Source of the DNA: an uncultured Gemmatimonadota bacterium
Lineage (GTDB): Bacteria > Gemmatimonadota > Gemmatimonadetes > Longimicrobiales > Gaopeijiaceae
Direction: 5' to 3'
NCBI GenBank assembly: GCA_937136445.1
Contig: CAKZOQ010000048.1
Span: forward strand, 1 to 28,379
DNA: 28,379 bases
In this document: in pieces, positions 19,898-28,379 of the stretch
How the letters are laid out: each line of letters starts with the position of its first letter
How positions within the stretch are numbered: position 1 is the stretch's first letter
The notes under the pieces: generated by a model
Databases searched by the model: none
Seen by the model: only the letters and a program-made list of their open reading frames with translations
Told to the model about the DNA's origin: nothing
Program-made: the position numbers and the translations under genes

Positions 19898-22369
19898 TCA
19901 GTGGCTCGTCTCGGTGGTAGGCGTCGGGGCCCGCTTCATGCGGAAGGCGTCGCTGAGAACCACGCCCTCCACGAAGGAAGAGACCCGGTATCCGTCGTCT
20001 GCCGCTCGTCGCACGATGCCCCGGATCGTGGGCTGGTCGAAGTGCTCGATCCGTCGCCCCAGGGCGTAGGCCATGAGGTTCTTGGTGAAGGCCCGGAGGA
20101 GGGGCTCCCGGTACTCCAGAAGGGCGTCCCGGAGCTCCACCGGCCCCGCCACGACCGTCCCGTCCCAGAGCTCTCCAGACGGATCCACCGGGTTGCCGGC
20201 GTCGTTGATCCGCCACTCCCCGGTGACGTCGTAGCGCTCCAGCGCCACCCCGATGGGGTCGATGACGCGATGGCAACTGCTGCACGACGGGTTGGCCCGG
20301 TGCATGGCCAGCCGCTCCTTCACCGTCAGCGATCGTCCCTCCCGGGCGTCGTCGGTCTCCTCCAGATCGGGGACGTTCGGCGGAGGGGGCGGCGGCGGGC
20401 TGTCCAGGAGGACCTCCATGATCCACTTGCCCCGCAGGACCGGCGAGGTGCGATTGGCGTGGGAGGTGAGGACCAGAACGCTCCCGTGGCCCAGGATCCC
20501 GGGCCGCTCGTCGGCGGGGACCGTCACCTTGCGGAAGTGCTCCCCGGAAACCCCCGGAATCCCGTAGAGCTCGGCCAGCCCCTCGTTCAGGAAGGAGTAG
20601 TCGGCGGTGAACAGCTCCAGGATGCTCCGGTCCTCCCGGAGGAGGTGGGTGAAGAGGAGCTGGGTCTCTCGCCGCATGTCCTCCCGCAGGCTGGCGTCGA
20701 ACTGGGGCCAGGTGTCCGAATCGGGGGCCACGGCGTCCAGATCCTGGAGTCGGAGCCACTGACTGAAGAAGCGGGAGCTGAGTCCCTCGGCCCGGGGATC
20801 CTGGAGCATCCGATCCACCTGGCTCCCGAGAACCTGCGGGTCCGACAGGGAGCCTTCCCCGGCGAGCTCCACCAGGACGTCGTCTGGGGGGAGGCCCCAG
20901 AGGAAGAAGGAGAGGCGGGACGCCAGGTCGGTGTCGCTGACCCGGTACACCCCCCCGGGGCCCGCCGCGCCGGCGGTCTCCTCCACGCGGAAGAGGAAGT
21001 CGGCGCTGGAGAGGACCCCCTGCAGCCCGGACCGGACGCCGACCTCGAAGCCACCTTCGTCCTCTCCCTGCTCGTAGAGCTCCATGAGCGGTTCGAGGTC
21101 GGCATCGGTCACCGGCCGCCGGTACGCCTGCTCGGCGAAGCGGGTCAGGATCTGTCGCGCGCACGCCGGAGCCTCCGCGGCCTTCACGGGGCGGCAGGTG
21201 AAGATCTTCCGACGGCTCGCGTTCTCGGAGATGCCCCGGACTTCGGTGGGCCCGGAGATCTTGAGTTGCCAGAGGTGAGGGAGGATGGTCATCCCGTCCG
21301 CCGTCCCGATCTGCAGATCGGCGAGGGACTGCCGGATGGGCGCGATGACATCCTCCGGCGGCCCGTCGAAGGTCGTCAGGAAGGCGGCGGTCACCTGGCG
21401 CTGGCCCGCTCGCACGAAGACGGGATCGGTGCCGCGGGTCTGGCCCGTGGGGTCCGACTCGTTCAGGAACCGGTCCACCTCGATCATGGCCACCCGCTCG
21501 CCGTCGATGGAGAGCTCGAGCTGCTGCCCCCGGGCCCAGCGGCCGAAGAAGGGACCGTTGAGATCGGTGTAGAAGCTGGCATCGAAGGTGTACCAGCCGT
21601 CCGCGACGAAGGTGTGGAGCTCGGAGATCCCGCCGCGGGTCCCGTGGGGCGCTCCTTCCAGACGCTCGAGCTGGGAGCGCGTTCGCGGCGCCGTGTAGAT
21701 GGCCTGCGTCGGGGTGGTGTTCCGGTCTCCCACCGCCATGCGGGCGATCTCGGCGGCGGCTCGCAGGTAGGCGTCGATGACGGTACTGGACGGCGTCTGG
21801 ACGTCGGCGATGTTGTCGAAGTTGTCGCTGTAGGTGTCCGGGGGAAGGAAGTCCTCGGCGTCCACCCGGAGGTCCAGGAGGGCCTGGACGGCCCGCTCGT
21901 ACTCCGGTCGGTTGAGTCGCTGGAAGCTCCGATGGCCGGGGTTCGGATTCCGGGCCGCCGCGTCGTCCATGATGGGTTCCAGGGTCCGGGCCAACGCCAG
22001 GACCGTGTCCCCGCCGGGCCGTTCGGCTCCGGGAGGCGGCATCATGTTCAGGCGCAGCTTGGAGATCATGCGCTCCGTGGTCTCGCTCCACCGCTCCGAC
22101 GCGGCGTCCTCGATCCGGTAGTCCTCCAGCGACAGGTTGCCACGGAGGCGACGCTCGTTGTGGCACCGCACGCAGTACTCCCCCACGACCTCCGTCATGG
22201 CCGTCACGTCCGGCGAAGCCTCCTCCGGCTCCGGCACGGGGTGCTCCCAACCCGTCCACGCCGACGAGTCAGGAGGCGGGACGGGCTGCTCCGACGACAC
22301 GACGTCGTCCGGGGCCCGTCCCAGGAGGAGGGCGGTGGCCAGGACCAGGGCGGACAGGATCACCCGCAT
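19898..22369 (-). CDS. DUF1592-family (PSCyt1 / DUF1587 / 1595 / 1592 / 1588 / 1585-type) exported c-type cytochrome with two CxxCH motifs, 823 aa
   Basis: GGAGG RBS and a Sec signal. CVRCH (22160-74) followed by LNMMPPPG, RLNRPEYERAV, AYRRPV, LASRLSFFLWGLPPDD, FFSQWLRLQDL, RTSPVLRGKWI, PPPPPPNVP, CSSCH (20270-84) and YALGR. Confidence 0.9.
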   Translation of the reverse strand: MRVILSALVLATALLLGRAPDDVVSSEQPVPPPDSSAWTGWEHPVPEPEEASPDVTAMTEVVGEYCVRCHNERRLRGNLSLEDYRIEDAASERWSETTERMISKLRLNMMPPPGAERPGGDTVLALARTLEPIMDDAAARNPNPGHRSFQRLNRPEYERAVQALLDLRVDAEDFLPPDTYSDNFDNIADVQTPSSTVIDAYLRAAAEIARMAVGDRNTTPTQAIYTAPRTRSQLERLEGAPHGTRGGISELHTFVADGWYTFDASFYTDLNGPFFGRWARGQQLELSIDGERVAMIEVDRFLNESDPTGQTRGTDPVFVRAGQRQVTAAFLTTFDGPPEDVIAPIRQSLADLQIGTADGMTILPHLWQLKISGPTEVRGISENASRRKIFTCRPVKAAEAPACARQILTRFAEQAYRRPVTDADLEPLMELYEQGEDEGGFEVGVRSGLQGVLSSADFLFRVEETAGAAGPGGVYRVSDTDLASRLSFFLWGLPPDDVLVELAGEGSLSDPQVLGSQVDRMLQDPRAEGLSSRFFSQWLRLQDLDAVAPDSDTWPQFDASLREDMRRETQLLFTHLLREDRSILELFTADYSFLNEGLAELYGIPGVSGEHFRKVTVPADERPGILGHGSVLVLTSHANRTSPVLRGKWIMEVLLDSPPPPPPPNVPDLEETDDAREGRSLTVKERLAMHRANPSCSSCHRVIDPIGVALERYDVTGEWRINDAGNPVDPSGELWDGTVVAGPVELRDALLEYREPLLRAFTKNLMAYALGRRIEHFDQPTIRGIVRRAADDGYRVSSFVEGVVLSDAFRMKRAPTPTTETSH

Positions 22370-22442
22370 GCTCGGTACCTCCGTTCGGTGCGCACGGGGC
22401 CGCGCCTCGGCGGACCTCCGTGAGAAGGGGGCAGGATCGTCG

Positions 22443-23807
22443 TCAGCACGACCCCGCCTGAGGGTTGGAGTCGCACTCCAGGTCGGACTTGGGGAAGACC
22501 GTACCCGGGCTCAGGAAGGCCTCCCCGGTGCTCCCCCATTCGGGGGCCGTGATGCCGAAGCGATACATGTCCAGAAGGCGGCGCTGCAGCTGGACGAGTA
22601 GGTTGACCCGGCGCATGTGCACCAGAAGCTCCTGGGGATCGATGTCGGCATGGACCGCCGGATCGTAGGGCGTCAGCGACGACTCCAGCGCCCGAACGGC
22701 GTTGATGTGCTCGGCGAACCCATCATCGTCTCCCTGAGCCAACGCCGCCTCGGCGAGGATCAGGTGGAGCTCCCGGGCCGAGACCGTGACGTTGGGGCTG
22801 TAGATGAATCCGTTGAAGAAATCCCAGGCCTCGCGGCGCAGCGCCGGATCCTGGACTCCGTCGATGGGATCCAACAGCTCGATGCCGTCCTCCTCACAGG
22901 CGCTGTTCCCGGGCCAGCAGCTCTGACGCAGCGACGCATCCTGCCGGATGATGTGGTTCTCGATGACCACCTCGCGGCGAGAATTGGTCTCGAAGGCCAC
23001 ACGGTTCTGGAGGGTGGTGGGGCTGTAGTCGTAGACGTACTCCCACTCGGGGCCCACCTGCCCGAGGACGGCCTCTGCGAGGGCGTTGGCGTCCGCGTTG
23101 TCGATGAGGGGGTCCGCCGGCACGCCGCCGGAGAGCTTCTGCCACAGAGCCCGGGCCCAGTGGCCTCTCGCCATGTGCGCCCGAGCCGCCAGCTCCACAT
23201 CGGGGTCGCCCGATTCCTGCGCCAGCGACACCGCCTGTCCCAGGCGGTCGATTCCCGTCTGGAAGAGCTGGCCCCGTTCCACGATGGGTCCGGGTTCGCG
23301 ACGGTCGGAGATGGCGAACTCCTCGAAGGTCTCCGCGGCGAGGATGTAGATATGGCCCGTCTCGTAGTAGGCGCGGGCCAGGAAGCCCAGATCCGTGAGG
23401 GCGTCGTTGGCTCGGTGCTCCTCCAGCACGCGGATGGCCTCGTCACCCAGCCAGCGCCCGATGGTCAGGGCCTCGTAGCCGTCGGAGGTGTAGCGCTGGT
23501 CGCTCTGGCTCAGGATGCCCCGGTCCAGGGCCCCCACCCCGTCGAAGCTCCCACGCCAGGTGAGTTCGTCGGTCACGGCTCCGTGGGCAGCGGAGAGGTG
23601 GCCGATGGCTTCGGCGGACTGGAGGAGCACGCCGTTGACCAGCGCGCTGGCCGCCGCCGGTCGCTCCACGTCCTCCTGCACCACCACGTTGGGGTTCTCC
23701 ACCTCGGTACTCAGTTCGTCACAGGCCGTCAGGCCCACGGCCGCTCCTGCGATCATCAGGGTCTGGAGGATCCGTGTCGGGAGCGTGGACAGTCGCATGG
23801 TTGTCAT
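22443..23807 (-). CDS. SusD/RagB-like surface lipoprotein, 454 aa
   Basis: GAGGA RBS, lipobox LTAC followed by DELSTEVENPNVV, TDELTWRGS, the TPR-like LARAYYETGHIY, RELHLILAEAAL, HINAVRA and RRLLDMYRFG. It lies 20 nt downstream of SusC. Confidence 0.85.
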   Translation of the reverse strand: MTTMRLSTLPTRILQTLMIAGAAVGLTACDELSTEVENPNVVVQEDVERPAAASALVNGVLLQSAEAIGHLSAAHGAVTDELTWRGSFDGVGALDRGILSQSDQRYTSDGYEALTIGRWLGDEAIRVLEEHRANDALTDLGFLARAYYETGHIYILAAETFEEFAISDRREPGPIVERGQLFQTGIDRLGQAVSLAQESGDPDVELAARAHMARGHWARALWQKLSGGVPADPLIDNADANALAEAVLGQVGPEWEYVYDYSPTTLQNRVAFETNSRREVVIENHIIRQDASLRQSCWPGNSACEEDGIELLDPIDGVQDPALRREAWDFFNGFIYSPNVTVSARELHLILAEAALAQGDDDGFAEHINAVRALESSLTPYDPAVHADIDPQELLVHMRRVNLLVQLQRRLLDMYRFGITAPEWGSTGEAFLSPGTVFPKSDLECDSNPQAGSC

Positions 23808-23827
23808 GGCTCGTTCCTCGTCCCAGG

Positions 23828-26800
23828 TCAGAAGGTCAGCCGCAGCGACAGCCCGAAGCGTCGCGGCGTAGCGATGATGTGGGCGTCGTGTCCGGCGTGG
23901 ACGTTGTCCAGCTGGACCGTCTCCGGATCCAGGTCCGGGTAGGGAGACCAGAGCATGAGGTTTCGTCCCGACGCCGTCAGCGTCAGGGCATCGGCTCCCA
24001 GCGAACCGGCGACGGAGGTCGGGACCGCCCAGGAGACGCTCGCCTCGCGCCAGCGAAGGTAGTCGGCGTTCTCCACCCGGTTGAGCCCGTTGAGACGGCT
24101 CCCCAACGAGTGGGCGTTGTCCCGGAACCAGAGGGCCGCGTCCAGCCGTTCCTGCGGCGTGCTGGCGGGGTTCAGGAGGACCGCCTCGTTGCCCGCCGAC
24201 TCCACCGTGTTCCGGCCGATGGCGGGGTTCCCGTTGCGGAACGCCCGGGTGTGGGCGGTGACGCGGAAGTTGCCCGCCTTGTAGGAGAAGTTGTTGGTGA
24301 TGCTCAGATTCCCCCACTGGACGGTCCCACCGAACGAGCCCTGCCAATCAGGGACCGACTTGCCCAGGTAGTTGTCGGTGAGGGTGCCGTTGATGCCGGG
24401 CACCCCGATGAGCAGCGCCTCGAGCTGCTCCACCGTCCGGGGCTCGGAGAGGAAGTCCAGCATGTCCGCCTCGGAGGCGGGGCTCCCGGCTCCATCGATG
24501 TCGTAGGGGAAGGGCACGTCCAGCAGCATCCCCCCGAACTGGGACTGGGGCGAATAGCCTTCACGGATGACCCCCAGGTTCCGCACGGACGCCTGCCGGA
24601 TGGGGAGGATCCCCCCCATGTCGGTGACCTCCTGGTAGAGGTAGGCCCCGTTGGCGAAGAGGTCGATGCTGAGGTCACCCTGCTGGTAGACGATGCCGCT
24701 CAGGGCCAGATCCACACCCCAGGCCTTCATCTCCCCCACGTTGTCGAGCTGGGGCTGGATGAAGCCGCCGGAGACCGGGAACTGGCGGGCGATGAGAAGG
24801 TTCTCGGTGGTCCGGTTCCAGTAGGTGGCCTCCAACGCCACCCGGTCGGAGAAGAGACCGGCCTCGAACCCGCCCTCGATCTCCGTCGTGACCTCGGGCT
24901 CCAGATCCGGGTTGCCCAGGTTCGAGGGCAGGAGCGCCGGTCCCCCGCCGGAGCTCGCCGGGGCGAAGGTGCTGAACCGGTCGAAGGAGCCCGGCTGCAG
25001 GCCGGACTGCCCCATGGCGCCCCGGAAGCGAAGGGTGCTGATGGGCCCGATGCCGTCCCACGACGGGAGGTCGCTGGGCACGAAGGAGAGACTCAGCTTG
25101 GGGTAGACCGCCGCGCTGGCGTTCTCACCGAAGGCGGAGTGCCGGTCCAGGCGGGCACCTGCCGTCAGGAAGAGGTAGTCCCGGAAGCCGATCTGCTCCT
25201 GCACGAAGATCCCGTTGTTGACGGTGCGCTCCTGCTCCTCGTCCACCGTCTGGTTGTTCCCGCCGCCCACCACGTCGATGCCCGGGCCCGGGAACTCCTC
25301 ACCCTCGGAGAGCACCATCTGCCGGTCCGAGACCAGGACCTGGGTCCCCACCACCAGCGACGAGGAGAGCTCGCTGCTCAGGGTGGACTCCCAGCTGGCG
25401 GACGCCTCCAGGGAGTACTCGTTCCGGTTCCGGTTCGTGACCTGTCGGATCCCCTGGGGATTGAAGTTGGAAAACCCGTCCACGGCATGGCCGAAGGGAC
25501 GCGTGAAGAGGAAGACCGAGCGGACCACGTCGAGCCCGCCCGTCACGTTCAGGTTGAGGTTGGGGATGGGGGTGTACCCGGCCTTCAGCGACGTTCCGAA
25601 GCGCTCGGTGTTGTCCGCCCACCGAACCTGGAAGCCCTCCTTCGTGGTGTTGAAGATCTGCGTCCCGAAGTCGTTGCTGGCGCTGGCCTCCTCCGGCTTG
25701 GAGATCTGCAGGGTGGCGACGCTCCCCGCCGTGTTGTCCTGGGGATGGGTCTCCCGGTCCACGTAGCGGGAGTTGAGCTCCAACCGGAGGTTCGCCGCCG
25801 GCTGGAAGGTCACGCTGGCGTCGATCTGCTTCGACTCGTTGGTGTCCTCGAAGATGTCGAAGCCATCCACCTGGAAGCACTGGTCGTAGCCGCTGGGGAG
25901 GGTGCAGTCCTTCCCGCCCAGCACCCCGTTGTCCTCCTGCCATCGACCCACCACGAAGTAGGTGATCTCCTCGGTGCCACCGCTGACGGAGAGGGAGTAG
26001 TCCTGGTAGACGCCGGTCTCGAAGAGCGCGTAGTCGTAGTCGGCCACATAGAGCTCATAGGGCTGGTTGTTCGCCCCCCAGAACTCGTTGAGGTGCAGGG
26101 TCCCCAGGTCGCGTCCCGGGGTGGGGTCCTGCGCGAGCGCGAAGCCGGCGAGGTCCTTCTCCTCGATGTGTCGGCTCACGCCTGCGCTGGCGCTGAAGGT
26201 CCAGCGCGCCGAACCCTGCCGGCCCCGCTTGGTGAAGATCTGGATGACGCCATTGGAGGCCTCGGTACCGTAGAGGGTGGCTGCCGCAGCCCCCTTCAGC
26301 ACCTCGATGTGGTCGATCATCTCGGGATTGATGTCGTCCAGGCGGGAGGGCGAGGCTGCCGATTCCCCGTCGCGGCCTGCGTCCACCCGCACCCCGTCGA
26401 TGTAGACGATGGGGCTGTTGTTCTGCGTCAGGCTCCCCACCCCGCGGATCCGGATGTCGGACCCGGATCCTGCATGGCCCCCGGTGGTGTTCACATCCAC
26501 CCCTGGGATGCGTGCCTGGAGGACCTCCGCCGCCGAGACCACCGGGGCGTTCTCGATGTCGTTGACGTTGAGGGCCGCCACCGTGTTGCCCAGCCTCCGC
26601 CGCTCGGTGGCTTCACCTGCGCCCGTGATGACGATCTCGTCCAGCTCGATGGCGCTGCGGGAGAGGTTGAAGTTGGCCGTAGCCGTCTCTCCGGGTGCCA
26701 CGGAGATGGTCTGCTGCTGCTGGCCGTACCCGATGAGCTGCACCCGGATGGTGTGCTCACCCGCCGGGACGTTCACGAGCAGGAATCGGCCGTTGGTGCC

Positions 26801-26989
26801 GGAGAGGGCCCCGATGCCCGTCCCGGGAATCGACACCTGTGCGTTGTCCAGGGGACGGGCGCTGGAGGCGTCGGTGACCATGCCGGTGACCGTCCCGGTC
26901 TGTGCCGACGCCGGTGCCGCTGCGAACAGGATGGTGAGGACCGATGCAGCGATCAGCCCGACTGCGGTTCGAATAACGTTGGAAGACAT
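23828..26989 (-). CDS. SusC/RagA-type TonB-dependent receptor, 1053 aa
   Basis: GAGGAG RBS, signal peptide ending ASA-QTG, and an N-terminal carboxypeptidase-regulatory-like domain. TonB box LDEIVITG, plug IRIRGVGS...PIVYIDGV...IEVLKGAAAATLYGTEASNGVIQIFTKRG, barrel motif GNPDLEPE, and a terminal Phe (LSLRLTF). Confidence 0.95.
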   Translation of the reverse strand: MSSNVIRTAVGLIAASVLTILFAAAPASAQTGTVTGMVTDASSARPLDNAQVSIPGTGIGALSGTNGRFLLVNVPAGEHTIRVQLIGYGQQQQTISVAPGETATANFNLSRSAIELDEIVITGAGEATERRRLGNTVAALNVNDIENAPVVSAAEVLQARIPGVDVNTTGGHAGSGSDIRIRGVGSLTQNNSPIVYIDGVRVDAGRDGESAASPSRLDDINPEMIDHIEVLKGAAAATLYGTEASNGVIQIFTKRGRQGSARWTFSASAGVSRHIEEKDLAGFALAQDPTPGRDLGTLHLNEFWGANNQPYELYVADYDYALFETGVYQDYSLSVSGGTEEITYFVVGRWQEDNGVLGGKDCTLPSGYDQCFQVDGFDIFEDTNESKQIDASVTFQPAANLRLELNSRYVDRETHPQDNTAGSVATLQISKPEEASASNDFGTQIFNTTKEGFQVRWADNTERFGTSLKAGYTPIPNLNLNVTGGLDVVRSVFLFTRPFGHAVDGFSNFNPQGIRQVTNRNRNEYSLEASASWESTLSSELSSSLVVGTQVLVSDRQMVLSEGEEFPGPGIDVVGGGNNQTVDEEQERTVNNGIFVQEQIGFRDYLFLTAGARLDRHSAFGENASAAVYPKLSLSFVPSDLPSWDGIGPISTLRFRGAMGQSGLQPGSFDRFSTFAPASSGGGPALLPSNLGNPDLEPEVTTEIEGGFEAGLFSDRVALEATYWNRTTENLLIARQFPVSGGFIQPQLDNVGEMKAWGVDLALSGIVYQQGDLSIDLFANGAYLYQEVTDMGGILPIRQASVRNLGVIREGYSPQSQFGGMLLDVPFPYDIDGAGSPASEADMLDFLSEPRTVEQLEALLIGVPGINGTLTDNYLGKSVPDWQGSFGGTVQWGNLSITNNFSYKAGNFRVTAHTRAFRNGNPAIGRNTVESAGNEAVLLNPASTPQERLDAALWFRDNAHSLGSRLNGLNRVENADYLRWREASVSWAVPTSVAGSLGADALTLTASGRNLMLWSPYPDLDPETVQLDNVHAGHDAHIIATPRRFGLSLRLTF

Positions 26990-27105
26990 ACGGCTCCTCG
27001 TCGTCGCGGGTCGTCCGGGCATCTCCCCCCCTGGGAAGCCCGGTCCTGCTCATGCCTGATGTATCGATGAAGACCCGGCGGGATGGGCCCGAAGTCGTGG
27101 CCTGC

Positions 27106-27618
27106 TCAGGCGCCTCCGTGCCACAGGGCCAGGATCGCGCGGGGCAGCACCGTGATGTCGGGCCCGCCGCCGGGATCGAGGCCTCCGGCGGTGCTGCCGC
27201 CGAAGAGTTGATCGAAGATGAGGTAGACGCCCGCGGTGATCCCCACGACCAGACCGGCCGTGCGAACCGGCGAGATCCGCTTCTCCTCCATCTCCAGGAT
27301 GTGTCCGCGTTCCAGCGGGACCTCCACCCGTCCGGGCTCGAAACGAGCCGTGCCGGCCATCACGTCGCTCCGCCACAGGGCCACGATCACGCGGTCCGGA
27401 TCCACCCGGACCAGGGCCCCCTCCACCTGCGTCCGGTCACCCCCTGCCGTGTACTCTCCGACCCGGTCGCTCCCGGCATCCGAGAGCTGCATCCGCACCT
27501 CCCGACCCTCGGGGAGCGAGGCTACGTCCGGCGCCGGCTGATAGCTGGCACACCCTCCCGCGAGGACGGCAGCCAGCCCCAGGGCCAGGCCCCGGGGGGC
27601 GAGGAGCGCTCGGTGCAT
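27106..27618 (-). CDS. Hypothetical lipoprotein with a C-terminal hydrophobic helix, 170 aa
   Basis: ATG 2 nt after the ankyrin stop, signal with lipobox-like LAGGC, a beta-rich core (REVRMQLS...VEGALVRVDPDRVIVAL), then RTAGLVVGITAGVYLIF. Confidence 0.75.
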   Translation of the reverse strand: MHRALLAPRGLALGLAAVLAGGCASYQPAPDVASLPEGREVRMQLSDAGSDRVGEYTAGGDRTQVEGALVRVDPDRVIVALWRSDVMAGTARFEPGRVEVPLERGHILEMEEKRISPVRTAGLVVGITAGVYLIFDQLFGGSTAGGLDPGGGPDITVLPRAILALWHGGA

Positions 27619-27620
27619 CG

Positions 27621-28379
27621 TCAGCAGACCTGACAGTTGTGGTTGTTCTCCGCTCCGAGGCTCTCCAGGAGCGCCAGGGCCTCTTCGTGCACCGGAACCC
27701 TTTGCACCGGACTGTTGGCCATGTCGGCCGTCGTCTGGCCCCTGCGACTCACCAGCGTGACTTCGGCCCCGTGCTCCACCAGGAAGCGGATGGTCGCCAC
27801 GTCCCCACGGCTGGCAGCGTGGTGGAGCGGGGCGTATCCGTTGACGTCCCGGGCGTTCACGTCGGCCCCGTGCTCCTCCACCAGATAGCGGACCGCGGGG
27901 AGCCACCCGTTCGGCGCTCCCTCGTGGAACCCGCCGGCGTACCCCTCTCCGAAGCCGATCCCGGTGGCCGCGTGGACGGGGTAGGCGGCGGGGCCGTAGA
28001 GCGGCACCGGCGGGAGGCCCGACGGGTCCTCCACGTCCTCCTCGTCGTACCCACGGAAGCGACGCTCCGGCATCCTCTTGGTGGGGATGGTGGGGTCGGC
28101 CCCGTACTCCACGAGGAGCTTCATCGCCTCCACGTCCTGTCCGTAGGCGGCGCGCCAGAACGGCGTGGCACCGGCAAACTCCACGCTGAGACGTTCGAAG
28201 TTGTACTCGGTGTACCAGAGCGTCTTCTCCAGGCGTACGTCCGGGTCGGCCCCGGCGTCGAGGAGGGCCCCCATGAGGTCCAGGTAGTCGTGTTCCTGTT
28301 GCTCGTGGTGCTGGGGCGACGGGTAGATGGACTTGGGATGCCACTGGAGGTCGATGGCCACGTACAGGGGGCTCGCCCC
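27621..28379 (-). CDS. C-terminal part of a second ankyrin-repeat protein (paralogue of 16592-18430) with a C-terminal CxxC; begins beyond the right edge
   Basis: The frame stays open to the window edge (GASPLYVAIDLQW...). It is collinear with paralogue 1: LWYTE, GATPFWRAAYGQDV, GWLPAVRYLVEE, GYAPLHHAASRGD, GQTTADMAN. It ends NNHNCQVC. Confidence 0.9.
   Translation of the reverse strand, partial: GASPLYVAIDLQWHPKSIYPSPQHHEQQEHDYLDLMGALLDAGADPDVRLEKTLWYTEYNFERLSVEFAGATPFWRAAYGQDVEAMKLLVEYGADPTIPTKRMPERRFRGYDEEDVEDPSGLPPVPLYGPAAYPVHAATGIGFGEGYAGGFHEGAPNGWLPAVRYLVEEHGADVNARDVNGYAPLHHAASRGDVATIRFLVEHGAEVTLVSRRGQTTADMANSPVQRVPVHEEALALLESLGAENNHNCQVC

Noticed and set aside
27015-27043. Hairpin in the susC leader (CCGGGC/GCCCGG plus CTCCC/GGGAA) as a riboswitch or terminator
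   Set aside because: No known aptamer motif and no U-tract; such stems arise easily at this GC content.

Overview
This is a high-GC window (roughly 70% by eye) from a diderm bacterium. Gemmatimonadota is the best guess (inference from SusC/SusD, an SprA-like gene, a PEP-CTERM tail and acidic proteins occurring together). Left part: the 5' end of a putative SprA-like gene (minus strand, running off the left edge) divergent from lptF/lptG-type permeases, then a DapF-fold enzyme with both catalytic Cys replaced by Ser, and a CBM9-like/DUF5916 outer-membrane protein. Centre: a methionine operon (metH plus a yitJ-type Hcy methyltransferase/MTHFR fusion) preceded by a clear SAM-II-type riboswitch candidate with a hairpin inserted in loop 3 and a plausible sigma70 promoter. 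Next come an orphan PEP-CTERM tail and a stand-alone ComEC-like metallo-beta-lactamase-fold hydrolase with two SH3-like N-terminal repeats. Right part: a co-directional minus-strand block of at least 13 kb of exported proteins: ankyrin(CxxC), lipoprotein, SusC, SusD, DUF1592 di-heme cytochrome c, Tat-exported DUF1552, ankyrin(CxxC), amidohydrolase lipoprotein. No rRNA, tRNA, CRISPR array or mobile element was recognised. All family calls come from motif recognition by eye; no database search was run.
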